NCBI GenBank assembly: GCA_963813715.1
Contig: CAWFAK010000009.1
Coordinates: 576,001 to 640,000 of the forward strand
Length of the DNA: 64,000 nt
Direction of reading: 5' to 3'
DNA from: an uncultured Planctomycetaceae bacterium
GTDB taxonomy: Bacteria > Planctomycetota > Planctomycetia > Planctomycetales > Planctomycetaceae
A program made the translations under genes and the position numbers. Below, in pieces: positions 43,709-54,536 of the stretch (positions are counted from its first letter, which is position 1; every line of letters begins with the position of its first letter). Below the pieces are notes generated by a model. The model was not told the origin of the DNA. It did no database searches and saw only the letters and a program-made list of their open reading frames with translations.

Positions 43709-45958
43709 TCAGGGCGTCTCGGCCGGTGGATGTTTCGGTCCGCTCGGCTCGATGCCCCCCGGATAAGACTTGGAGTGCCGCTCGCCGCGGGCAAACCAAT
43801 CGTCGAGCCCGGCCACAAGCACCTCGAAGAGCGAGGCGTGGTCGTCGGTCCACAGCACGCGGGCCACCGTCTGGTTTTTCCGGCGGGCGTTGTAAATCCG
43901 CTTCGGCCGCAATGCGCGGGGTGAGGCTGAGACCAGCACCCAACTGGAGGACGAATCGCCGGACGTCGAAGACTTCGCATCGATCGTCACCGTCTCCAGT
44001 TGGTACGCGTCGGCGATCGCCAGCACGACCGGCTCGAGGGCAAAGTGCTTGTTGGAGATGTGAACGGCGATAATTCCGTCGGGGGCCATGTGGGGCAGAT
44101 AAATGGCAAACGCCTCGCGCGTGAGCAAGTGCACGGGAATCGCGTCGCCGGAAAACGCATCGAGCACCAACAGGTTGAAACCCTGCGGCGGCTCGCGGGT
44201 GAGGTTGAGCCGCGCGTCGCCCCGGATGACTTCGACTTCGCCCTGGCAATCGTCCAGGTAAGTGAAATACTTCCGCGCTAGTTCCTCCACCTTCGAGTTG
44301 ATCTCGTAGAACTGGAAGTGATCTCCCTTGCGAGCGTACGTGGCCAGCGTGCCGGTCCCCAAGCCGACGAGCCCCACGTGTCGCGGCCCATCCGTGGGGA
44401 GGGACAGCGCACGTCCCACGCCCGACGAGACCCCATAGTACGAGGTGGCAATCCGCTTCAGCTTGGGGTTCAAGAATTGAAACCCGTGCTGGATACGGCC
44501 ATTCAGGAGATCGTGCGTTGGCTCGAGTCGCGTCTCCTCGTCGTCCGTGCCGTATTGCTCATCGTCGTTGAGGACCCGGAGCACGCCGTAAAAATTGCGA
44601 GAGATACTCAGGATGTTCTCCCGGTGTCGCGTCGCATTCTGCACCAGGACGATGCCCAGCGCCGACACGCTGGCAATGAGCAGCACCCAGACGACGGGCC
44701 GCAACGGCTTAGGCAGGGTCATTTGGCGCCGGTCGAGCCCCAGCACAATCAGGATCAAGAGAGCGCAGGCATAGAGGCCAATGTGCAACTCGTAGTAGCC
44801 GTGAAACGTGTAGGGGGCGATGATGCCGACGAAAATTCCTCCCGCCGCGCCGCCGGCCGAAATCACCAAGTAGAACGCGGTCAGATACCGCACGTGAGGC
44901 TTGCGCCGCACGAGCTCGCCGTGGCAGACCATCGCGCAGAGAAACAATCCTGTGAAATACGCCACCAGTTGGAGTCCGAACGACGCGCTCGCCTCTTGAT
45001 CGAGGGCGTAACAGACGCAGGCCATCGCGACCAGCGCGCCAGGAATGAAGTAACGGCGCGAGTACCAACGGTCGCTGTCAAAGCAGAGGATAAACGACAT
45101 GAGGTACAAGGTCAGCGGCAGGACCCAGAGGAACGGGACAGTCGCCACGTCGAGGCAAACCTGGTTGGTCGTCGCCAACAGCAGGACGGAGGGGACCATC
45201 GCTAGCGCGAACCACAACAACCAGGTTCCCCAACCGGGCCGAGCCTCGGCCGTCGCCGCTGCGTCCGGGACAACCTCGGGCAGATCGCGACCGCGGACGG
45301 CCGCGGCCCACGCACAGAATCCGCACAGCACGGCAAAGACGATGAAACTGATCGACCACATCCACGCCAGAAACCGACCCGGCAACAGCCATTCGAACAG
45401 CGTGGGAAATGTGATCAGAGCCAACAACGATCCCACGTTGGAGAGCGCATAAAGGCGATAGGGCGAGTGGCTCTGATGCGTGCGGCTGAACCACCCCTGC
45501 AAGAGCGGTCCGGTCGACGAGAGGATAAAGAAGGGAGCACCGACCGTCGCCCCCAGCACCAACACGATCCGCGAGATCGGCTCCTCGCCGCCGGTTGGCT
45601 TGAAGGTGTCCCCCGGGATGATCGGCAAGGCCAGGCAGGCGGCCGCCAAGAGCACCACGTGAATAATGGCCTGCCAGCGAGGCTGCAAACGGCTCGTCGT
45701 CAGATGCGCGTACGCGTAACCGCCGAATAGCAGCAACTGAAAAAATAGCATGCAGGTCGTCCACACGCTGGGCATGCCGCCGAACCACGGCAGAATGAAT
45801 TTGCCGATCAGCGGCTGAACCTGAAACAGCAGGAACGCGCTCAAGAAGATCGTGAGCGAGTAGATCACCGTCAGGCTGCGCGTGCCGTCCGCGGCGGCCG
45901 GAATGGACTGCGCGGGATCGGCCTGTAACGATTCGTCGAAGGACGGCACGGAGGTCAT
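43709..45958 (-). CDS. Fused multi-TM/spermidine-synthase-like (SAM-binding) membrane protein
   Basis: SAFLLFQVQP, YALSNVGS, RNFYGVLRV, VGLGTGTLA, LDAFSGDAIPVHLLTREAF, WTDD. Confidence 0.88.
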   Translation of the reverse strand: MTSVPSFDESLQADPAQSIPAAADGTRSLTVIYSLTIFLSAFLLFQVQPLIGKFILPWFGGMPSVWTTCMLFFQLLLFGGYAYAHLTTSRLQPRWQAIIHVVLLAAACLALPIIPGDTFKPTGGEEPISRIVLVLGATVGAPFFILSSTGPLLQGWFSRTHQSHSPYRLYALSNVGSLLALITFPTLFEWLLPGRFLAWMWSISFIVFAVLCGFCAWAAAVRGRDLPEVVPDAAATAEARPGWGTWLLWFALAMVPSVLLLATTNQVCLDVATVPFLWVLPLTLYLMSFILCFDSDRWYSRRYFIPGALVAMACVCYALDQEASASFGLQLVAYFTGLFLCAMVCHGELVRRKPHVRYLTAFYLVISAGGAAGGIFVGIIAPYTFHGYYELHIGLYACALLILIVLGLDRRQMTLPKPLRPVVWVLLIASVSALGIVLVQNATRHRENILSISRNFYGVLRVLNDDEQYGTDDEETRLEPTHDLLNGRIQHGFQFLNPKLKRIATSYYGVSSGVGRALSLPTDGPRHVGLVGLGTGTLATYARKGDHFQFYEINSKVEELARKYFTYLDDCQGEVEVIRGDARLNLTREPPQGFNLLVLDAFSGDAIPVHLLTREAFAIYLPHMAPDGIIAVHISNKHFALEPVVLAIADAYQLETVTIDAKSSTSGDSSSSWVLVSASPRALRPKRIYNARRKNQTVARVLWTDDHASLFEVLVAGLDDWFARGERHSKSYPGGIEPSGPKHPPAETP

Positions 45959-46124
45959 GGGAGATCAATCGCAGAAGTGCGGATCGGGCGTTTCAACTTG
46001 AGACGGACGCAGTTCCTACCGCGTCAAACGCCCTCGGCCAAGCATAGCAGCGGTCGAAGCGCGAGGCGACCGACGCTTGTCAAACACGTTCCGTCGGCGA
46101 CATCAACGTGAAAGGCCGCGCGAT

Positions 46125-47319
46125 TCAGCCACACTCGGCGGCAAAGTGATAAAAGATCTCCGCGGCCTGCTCGAGCTGGCGGATTTCGATCCACTCGTCT
46201 TTTGTGTGCGCCTGGTCAATCGAGCCGGGACCGAAGACGACCGACGGAACGCCCGCCGCGGCCGTGCGCGACGCGTGCGTGCCGAACTGCACGCCGATCT
46301 TGTCCCCTCGACCGGTCACAGCTTGCACGGAGGCGAGCAGCCGATCGGCCCAGGGAAGATTGACGTCATCGGGGAGGGCCGGACCGCGAATCCACGGGGG
46401 CAGCATTTCGAACTCGAAGTCGAGCCGCTCGCGGAGGTATTGGCCGACCTGCTCCATCACGGTCGTCGCATCTTCCCGGGGAATCACGCGGCGATCGATC
46501 TCGATCGTGCATTCGTCCGGGACCGTGTTGACGCTGATCCCCCCCTCGATGCGCCCGACGCTCAGCGACGGCGAACCGCACAACGCATGCGGTGGGGTGC
46601 GCTGGGGAAGCTCGGCGGCGAACTGCTCGAGGCAGGCGACGACGCGGGCCATCCGATAGATCGCGTTGATGCCGTTGGCCGGCTCCGAGCTGTGGCAGGC
46701 GCGGCCCTGAGTGCGGATCTTCCAACGCGTGGCTCCCTTGTGCGCGACGACGACGTCGAGCTCGGTCGGCTCGATGATCAGAGCCAGGTCGGGCGGGCGA
46801 TTGAGCAGCGACGCGGGCCGCCCGCGATCGTTCCATTGCTTGATCAGGTCGCGGATCCCCGTCGCGCCCGACTCCTCGTCGCACGTGCAAGAAATGACGA
46901 CATTCGCGGCTCGCGGGGGCCGGCTCTCGACCAGGCGTGCGAACGCGCTGAGCATGGCCGCCATCCCCCCTTTGTCGTCGCACGCTCCGCGGCCGTAAAT
47001 CCGCCTGTCGCGTTCGACGGGGGTGAAGGGCTCGATGGTCATGCCGTCGATCGGCACGGTGTCTCTGATGGGCGTCGATCAACAGCGTGGTCTGGCTGCG
47101 GGGGTTGTCGAAGCGGGCGATCACGTTGGACCGCCGCTCGCTCGAGCCGGGCACGTTGGCCACGTCGGTCCGCTGCGCCGGCACGCCAAGCCGCTCGAAG
47201 AAATCGAGCAGATACTCCGTCATCCGCCGTTCGAAGAATTCGGGCCCGGAGATCGCGCGGCCCATCGGATTGACGCTGGGCAGCGCGATCAAATCTTTCA
47301 GCAGGCGAATCGGGTCCAT
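46125..47319 (-). CDS. M20 metallopeptidase, ArgE/DapE family; frameshift near 47065
   Basis: DAHQ(D)TVP, YGRGACDDKGG, CDEESG, GRACHSS, GPGSIDQAHTKDE. Confidence 0.9.
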
Positions 47320-47462
47320 GGGCTCGACGATTTCGCTCACCACGCAGACTGCGCCGTTGTCCGGACTCTCAAGACGCTCACCACCGACTCGACCGGCTGT
47401 CCGGCTTCGAGGGCTCACGTTATTCTATCCGCTTACCTTTTGTAAGCCGGCGCGAAGGCCGC

Positions 47463-49362
47463 ATGGATATTCTGCTTCCCGTTCTCGTCTTTGGGACAGT
47501 CTTGTCGCCGTTGATCGCCGCGGCTGCGATCGCTGGCACCAGCCTATTTCGTCCGGCGCGAAATGGGCGGGCGGAATTGCTGGCCCAGCTAGGCGCCGCT
47601 GCTTCCGCATGCTTCGCACTCGGTCTCCTCGTTGTCCGCTTCGGACACGACGGCGCGAACGAATCGCCGCTGAGCTTGGGGAGCTGGTTCGTCAACGGGC
47701 CGAACGATCTGCTGCGAATAAGTTTTGGCCTGAGATTCGGCGCGCTGACGGCCCTGCTGACCGTCGCGCTGGCGATCGCCGCCGGTGTTGTCTTCACTGC
47801 CAGCCGAACGCGCGATGCCGAATCGCCGGCCGCACGGTGGCTGCCGCTGGGCGGCTCGCTGCTGTTGTTCGCGTCGATCGGCGTCGCCGGGTCGACCAAC
47901 CTGGCCGAGCTGTTCGTCTTTTGGGAAATCGGCACGGCCGTGGCCTACGTCTTGTCGTCGCTGGCGGCCGAGAACGCGCAGCAGACCGTCGCCGCGCAAG
48001 CTCGTGCTGGTGCTCAGCGTGGCTGACGCGTTCCTGCTCTGCGCCGTCGTGATTCTGGCGGCCGGCATGGGAACGCTCGACTTTCGCAATCTCTTCGGCC
48101 AACCCGAACGTTGGGCGCACGCGGCGGAGCAGCGGGCGGCGCTCGTCGACCTGGTCGGCTTGTGCCTGCTGGGAGCGACTGTGGGACGCTGCGGCTTGGT
48201 CCCCTTTCTCGGCTGGATCGGCGATTTGTCGAGCCGTCCCGCGCGTTTGGCCGCACTGATTGAGGCAATCGCCCTTTTGCCGTGCGGGGCCGTGCTGTGG
48301 GTGCGGTGCTTTCCCTTGCTGAACCTGGCCGGCGCCATCCTGCCGCTGGCCGCCTTCGTGGGCGGAAGCAGCGCGTTTTGCCTGGGTGTTTGCGCGATCG
48401 CCGATGCGAATCCCCGCCGCGCGGCGACTTATTCCTGCGCGACCGTGTTGGCCATTGCCCTCCTGGGATTCTCGACGGGCGATGCGGCGGCGCCCGCGAT
48501 CATGATTGGCCTGATGGCCGTCTTCGTGCCGAGCGCGACGGCAATCCTGATCGCCAGCTCGGCCGGCGTGCACACGGGCGCCCGCCGCTGGCTGCTGATG
48601 GCGATGGTCCTCTTATTATTCTCCGGAATCTGCGGGCAGGGCTGGATTCTCGGTCACTCGATCGAGTCGCTGTTGTTCGGTGCGGGGGGTGGGACGCCGA
48701 CTTTGCTCCTGGCAGTCCTCCTGGCGGGATGCGGGCATTATCTGGCGGCCGTCGCGATGATGGGCTCGTTGACCGCGTCGCGATTGTACGGCGAATTGGA
48801 CAGCAGCAATCCGTTCGGCGGCAATCCGTTCGAGCCTTTCCCGACAGTAGGCGTCGTCGAAACGCCGCGCGATGCCGAAACGCCCTCCGGGCGACTGCTG
48901 CTCTTGGTCGCCGCGGCGATCGGCGCCGCACTCGTGGCCGTGCCGTTGATCCTGGGCGTCTTGCCCCCGCTGTCCCCACATGCGTTTGCGTATGCCGCGA
49001 TCGGCTTGATTCCCGGCGTGGGGGGACTAGCCGCCGGCATTCAAGCGGCCCGCGGCGGATGGAAAGTCTTCCCCAGCGAGGCGGTCAACGGGCTGTTGAT
49101 GCGGCTGGGGCGAGGCAATTTTTATTTCGATGCGTTTTTGTTCCTGTTCGTGCTCGTGCCGCTCCGTGGCGTGGCCGCGGTGGCCCGCTTTGTGGACTGG
49201 GCGATCATCGACACGCTGGCGAGCGGCGGGCCGGCGAGCCTGTTCGAGTCGGCGGCCTCATTTTTCGGGCCGCTGCAGTATCGGGGCGTCTCCTTCTACC
49301 TCTTTTCCGCGCTGCTCGGCACGGTCGTGTTGTCCGTGTTGCTGATCTGGCTCCAGAGTTGA
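47463..49362 (+). CDS. Highly divergent NuoL-like antiporter-like subunit; frameshift near 47990
   Basis: FVFWE, VGRCGLVPFLGW, NPRRAATYS, and a C-terminal FYFDA...VDWAIID...LQYRGVSFY transverse-helix region. Confidence 0.8.
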
Positions 49363-49387
49363 GGCTTGTTGTGAGCGGCCGACCGCT

Positions 49388-51052
49388 GTGAGCGATCTCT
49401 CTTTTGTCGTCGTGGCGATTCCGGCGATCGGCGCGGTCGTCCTCGTGATTGCCGCACTCCGCTCGGGATCTGCGCACGACCGATTCGCGACCGCGACGAC
49501 GAGTCCGGTCACAAATCTGGGCAGCGAGGTCGATCTCGCGCTGTGCCGCCGCATTGCCGTCATTTTTGCCACCTGTGCGCTCGCGGCGGTGATCGGCCTG
49601 TCGCTCTGCGGCCGGTGGCTGCAGGTCAAAACTGCGGTGGGTGGAAACGACTGCAGCGCGGCCTTTGCGCTGTTGACCGCAGCGTCCTGGCTGCCCGTGG
49701 TGTTTGTCGCCCGCCGCTCCGACGGGCGGCGTCCCCAGCTGCTCTACGGCTTGCTGCTGCTCCTGGAGGCGTCCTACCTCGCGATCTTCTCCTGCAACAA
49801 CGCGGTCTGGCTCTGCGCGGCGCTGCAGGTCAATTCGGTGCTGCTCTATCTACTCACCAGCGGCTGGAGCGAGCACGCCAACGAGGGGCTCGCCAAGAAG
49901 ATGCTGCTGATGAACTTGGCAGCCGATCTGGCCATCCTGATCGGGCTGACGGGCGTAGTGATCGCAGCGGCTCGGACGTCGGGGACCGAAAGCGGGGTGA
50001 TTCCACAGCTCAACTATTCACTCAGCGACCTCGTGCGCGAGTTTCCACGTCTCACGACCGACGATGTGTCGGCGCAGGAATACTGGAAGCACGCGCAGTG
50101 CTCGCTCTTGGCCATCCTCGTGCTGGCGGCGCTGGTCAAGGCACCGCTGGTCCCCTTCCACGCCTGGTTTGCATCGGTCGTGGCCGAAGGCCCTCCCTGC
50201 GTGTCGATCGCCCTCGTCGGGCCCGGACTGCGCGTGGGGCTCTATCTCTTGGCGCGGTTCGTCGGGCCCTTGTGCGGTGAATTGGGCGGGACGGCCGACC
50301 TGATCGTCGGATTGACGATCCTCGGAGCCCTGCATCAAAGCCTGCTGACCTATGGGCAGACGAACTTCAAGAAAATGCTTGCCTGTGTCTGCCTACTGCA
50401 GGGTTCGTTGGCCGTCGCGGGGTTCTTCTCCCTGCCACCACAAAACGCCAGCGGTCCCCTGATGCTGGGGCTCGCCAGTGGTGTGGCCGGCGTGCTCGTC
50501 CTGTTTGCGCTCAACTTCCTGGAGTGGCGCCTGGGCGTGGCCGATTTGAGCGCGGTCGGCGGGATCGTGCATCGGCTGCCCAACCTGGCGGCCATGTTAT
50601 TAATGGCCACGTTTTCCTTGGTCGGCATCCCCGGACTCTTCGGTTTTCCCGGACTCTTCGCGACGCTGGGAGCCGTGTTTCGGGGCGAGTGGGCGTTCGC
50701 CTTCCTGGCCATCGGCGCCTGCCTGATCGCGGCCTGGGCCCTCTTCTCGATGTTGCAGCATCTGGTCTTCGGCAGCGTGCGACTGCCGCTGCCGGGCAAG
50801 GGGGACGTGCTGCTCGATCGACAACCGCCTCCAGCCGGTGCAGACACTCCGGCAGTGCCTGGCTGGACGGCCGACTCGGCGCCACGAGAATGGTCGATGG
50901 TGAACGAAGGCCGAAGCGGCTCGATCGATCTCAGCGCGCCGGAATTGTTGATCGTCGGAGCCCTCTTGGCGGGATTGGTCGGGCTGGGAGTCTGGCCGCA
51001 GACGATCTCGGCCGCGCTCTACTTTGCCCTGATTGGCTGGTCGCCACCGTAG
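49388..51052 (+). CDS. Highly divergent NuoM-like antiporter-like subunit
   Basis: LVKAPLVPFHAWF, QTNFKKMLA, SLVGIPGLFGFPG, DLSAPEL, LGVWPQ. Confidence 0.82.
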   Translation: MSDLSFVVVAIPAIGAVVLVIAALRSGSAHDRFATATTSPVTNLGSEVDLALCRRIAVIFATCALAAVIGLSLCGRWLQVKTAVGGNDCSAAFALLTAASWLPVVFVARRSDGRRPQLLYGLLLLLEASYLAIFSCNNAVWLCAALQVNSVLLYLLTSGWSEHANEGLAKKMLLMNLAADLAILIGLTGVVIAAARTSGTESGVIPQLNYSLSDLVREFPRLTTDDVSAQEYWKHAQCSLLAILVLAALVKAPLVPFHAWFASVVAEGPPCVSIALVGPGLRVGLYLLARFVGPLCGELGGTADLIVGLTILGALHQSLLTYGQTNFKKMLACVCLLQGSLAVAGFFSLPPQNASGPLMLGLASGVAGVLVLFALNFLEWRLGVADLSAVGGIVHRLPNLAAMLLMATFSLVGIPGLFGFPGLFATLGAVFRGEWAFAFLAIGACLIAAWALFSMLQHLVFGSVRLPLPGKGDVLLDRQPPPAGADTPAVPGWTADSAPREWSMVNEGRSGSIDLSAPELLIVGALLAGLVGLGVWPQTISAALYFALIGWSPP

Positions 51053-51144
51053 CTTGCCCCTATTGATTCGACTGAATGACTGAATTTGAGTCGACGAACT
51101 GCGATGGACTGTTGAGTACTGCCTGCTGAGTTCGGACTTTACCC

Positions 51145-52800
51145 GTGTTGACCCTGATCACGATCCTGCCCGCGCTCATTCTCGCCGCCGTCGGCGCGGT
51201 CGTGCTGCTGTCGGGCCGGCCGGCTCTCGATCGGACGAGCGGGCAGCGTTTTGTGCTGGCTGGCCCTTCTCGCCGCCGCGGCCACTCTGGCGCTGGCACG
51301 TCCCGCCGTCCCGTCCGATCCGTTCGTGCGGTCCGCGGTGTCCGCCGTCTCGTTTGATGCCCTTTCGCGCGGCACGGCCTGGATGGCGCTCTTGTTGGGG
51401 GCCATGACCACGTTCCTGGCCGCCATTGGCTCGAGCGACAAGCGCGCGGCTCGACAGGCAGTCGTGTTACTCTCACTGGCGGGCCTACTGCTGACGTGCG
51501 TCGCCAACGATTTCGTCTTGCTGATTGTCGGCGTTCCCGGTTCGGTGCTCGCAATTTGCATCGCCCAATTGCGGGATGCCGAAACCGACGACGAATGGGC
51601 TGCAGCCGTGCTGGGGCTCGCCCTGAATCTGCTGGGTGCGCTCTGCCTCGTGGCCGTGGCGCTGCTCGTGGGCGCCTTGGCGGGAACGACGAACTTCGGC
51701 GAGCTGCACGCCCTGCCGCTTCACGGGGTCGATGCGACGGGACACATTGTCACCCGTGGCCCGCGCAGCTTGCCGCTCGCCGGAGAGATCGGTTTCGTGC
51801 TGCTGCTCGCCGGACTCGGGATACCGTTCCTGGCGGCTCCTTTTCAGCTGGGAGCAGCGGAGATTTTCGAGGGGATGTCGCCGGCGAGACTGGGGGCACT
51901 CGCCGTGCTGCCGCGCTGCGCGGTGCTGGTGGGGATGATCCGGATCTTCGTCGAAGGGATGACGCGGTACCTGTCGACCGCGAAACGGCGCTGACGGCGG
52001 CCGCACTCGTCACGCTGTTGATTGCCGCACCGCTGGCGTACTGGCAGTCATCGCTGCGGCGGCTGCTGGCGCTGGTGATCATGGTGCAAACGGGGTTGAT
52101 CCTGTTCGCGCTGGCGGCAGCGTGCTCGGAAGCGACCCGGCCGCAAGCCGTGCGGTGGCTCGACCTGCAGATGCCCGGCGGCGCGGGGGCGGCCTGGCTC
52201 CTGTTTGCCTGCGATTCATTCGCGATGTTGGGGCTGACCGCCGTCCTGGGTTCGCTCGAAACATCGACCGGACGGTCCGACGAACTGGACGACTTCGTCC
52301 GCCGCCTGCGCCACGAGCCATGGATTGCCGGGGCGACCGTGCTCTTGCTGATGAGCCTGGCCGGCGTTCCCCCTCTGCCCGGTTTCTGGACGCGCGTGGC
52401 CATGCTGCGTTCGATCTTGTCGGTCAGCTTTCCCGCGGAGAACGACTTCCTGCCGCACCAGAATACGGGATACGTGCTGTTCTCGTTCGTGGCCGTCGCC
52501 GCGTGGCTCGCCGTGGCGGCCAAATGCTTAAGCGTCGCCCAGGCCCTGCTCTTTTCGACGGACCCGGTCGCGAGCGACGCCATCGAGCCACGACTATTGT
52601 CCGTCGGGAAGAGCCGCGCGGGCCTGCGAATCGGGGCCGCGATCGCCGCCCTCCTGGTCGTCGTCGGTTTCGTCCCCAGCCTGGGCTTACACCTGGCGGC
52701 CCGCGTGACACTGCCGAAAGCGGGCGCCGTGGTCGCCGCCGAGAAGCAGGTCCAACCGGTCAAGCAACGACACCGCTTCAAAAGCGGTGATTCCGAATAA
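51145..52800 (+). CDS. Highly divergent NuoN-like antiporter-like subunit; frameshifts near 51255 and 51985
   Basis: GTTNF, AAPFQLGAAEIFEG, QSSLRRLLA, SLAGVPPLPGFW, GFVP. Confidence 0.8.
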
Positions 52801-52847
52801 CCGACGGCGCGTTTGGTAGCCCTGCCGCCACACGACATAATGAGAGT

Positions 52848-54244
52848 ATGAGTCGTCGAGCACGCAAGCGGCTGCGTCCGGACCATTTGATCGGCCGGGC
52901 GACGACCCCCGTCTACATGGTGACGCCCGATCGGCGGATTCCATTTTTCAATGCGGGCTGCCAGGCGCTCACCGGCTGGTCGGCCGACGAAATACTCGGC
53001 CTGTTGTGCGAGTTCATCACCGAGCCGGCCGACAACAGCCCGGAATCCCTCGCCGCCTCGCTTTGTCCGCCGGCCGCCGCGTTTGCGGGCAAGGTCTCGA
53101 GCCTGCCGGCCCAAATCGTCCGCAAGGACCAAGATCGCGAACCGCGGACGCTGAATTTCATTCCCCTGCTCGACGAAGTGGGCACTCTCGTCAGCATCTT
53201 GTCGGTGATCGGCAGCGGCGACGCGGCCGAGCGGATCGCCACCGTCGATCCCGCGCAGGAACTTCACGGCGAACTAGCCTCGCTGCGGCTGTTCTTGTGC
53301 GCCGCTTCGGCACGAAGTCACTCATCTGCAAGAGCGACTCCATGCTCCGCGTCGCCGATCAGGCGGCCATCGCCCGCTCGACGGCCTCCCCCCTCTTGAT
53401 TTGGGGCGAGAGCGGCAGCGGCAAAGAGCACCTGGCTCGCGCGATCCATTACGAAAGCGCATCGCGGACGCGGACCTTCGTGCCACTGGACTGCAAGAGC
53501 CTCTCGCCCTTGGAGCTGGGCCAGACTCTCAAGCGGCTGCTTTATCCCAGCGAAGAAGACTCGTTTCCCTCGCCGCTGGCGCTGCAGCCGGGCACGCTCT
53601 ATTTGGCGCACGTGGAGGCTCTTCCCCGCGACGCGCAAACGATCGTGACTGACGCCTTCCGCCAAGAGAACGGCCGCGCCCGCGACTTGCGATTGATGGC
53701 GTCGAGCACGCTCAGCCCCGAAGTGCTCGGCGCGAGGATCAGCTGCGCCCCGACTTCTTTCACCTGCTGACGCCCCTGTGCATTGCCGTGCCCCCGTTGC
53801 GGGAACGGATGGGCGACTTACGTTTTCTTGCCCAATATTTGCTCGAGGAACTCAACCGGGGTGAAGCCCGGCAGTTCAACGGCTTCGGCGACGACGTCTG
53901 GGACAAATTCGCCGAATACAACTGGCCGGGCAACGTCGGCGAGCTGTTGGCCGTGATTCGCGACGCGCGCGCCCTGTGCAACGAACCGCTGATTCGCGTG
54001 AAGGATCTCCCGTTTCGTTTCCGCACGGGCCTGGACTGCGCAGTCAGTCGGCCCGCCGCGACGCCCGCCCGTCGCTCAGCTCGAACCGCTGCTGGCCCAA
54101 ACCGAGCGCGAGCAAATCGAGCGGGCCCTCGCGCAGTCTCGGCATAACAAGAGCCGAGCCGCCAAGCTGCTCGGGATGACTCGGCCGCGTCTCTATCGGC
54201 GGATGGAGATTCTGGGCATCCCCGACGAACCGGAATCGTCCTAA
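52848..54244 (+). CDS. PAS-AAA+-Fis HTH regulator, degenerate sigma54-activator-like; at least 3 frameshifts
   Basis: PAS FFNAGCQALTGWSADEILG; GESGSGKE; PPLRER; WPGNV; HTH NKSRAAKLLGMTRPRLYRRME. Confidence 0.82.
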
Positions 54245-54536
54245 CTATCAGCCCTCACGTGAGTTGAGGACGCCGGTGCGCCGCGACAATCGCAATCGTC
54301 CCCGGTCATCGGACTGACCGGAGTGGCTTAAGTATTGCCAGCCAAGCCGCGTTGACCGAAATGCCAAATTTTCCCTATATTCCGCCCCCTCTTTGCTTCC
54401 GCCGCATTCCACGGAGGGGTGGCGGGTCCGCAGCGGAAGATGTTCGCGCTGGATCACAACCGTCGCTCGCTGTGCTCTTGTGCACAACTGCGTTTGTGCA
54501 CGACGCCCCGCCGACGGTTTCAGATGGGGAGAGAGC

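Noticed and set aside
51070..51085. Tandem GACTGAAT repeat in the nuoM/nuoN-like spacer as an operator
   Set aside because: Two 8-bp copies only and no second site seen; insufficient support
47463..52800. Mrp Na+/H+ antiporter or DAB-type carbon pump operon
   Set aside because: There are no small MrpB/C/E/F/G genes and no DabA-like soluble partner; order and C-terminal features match NuoL-M-N
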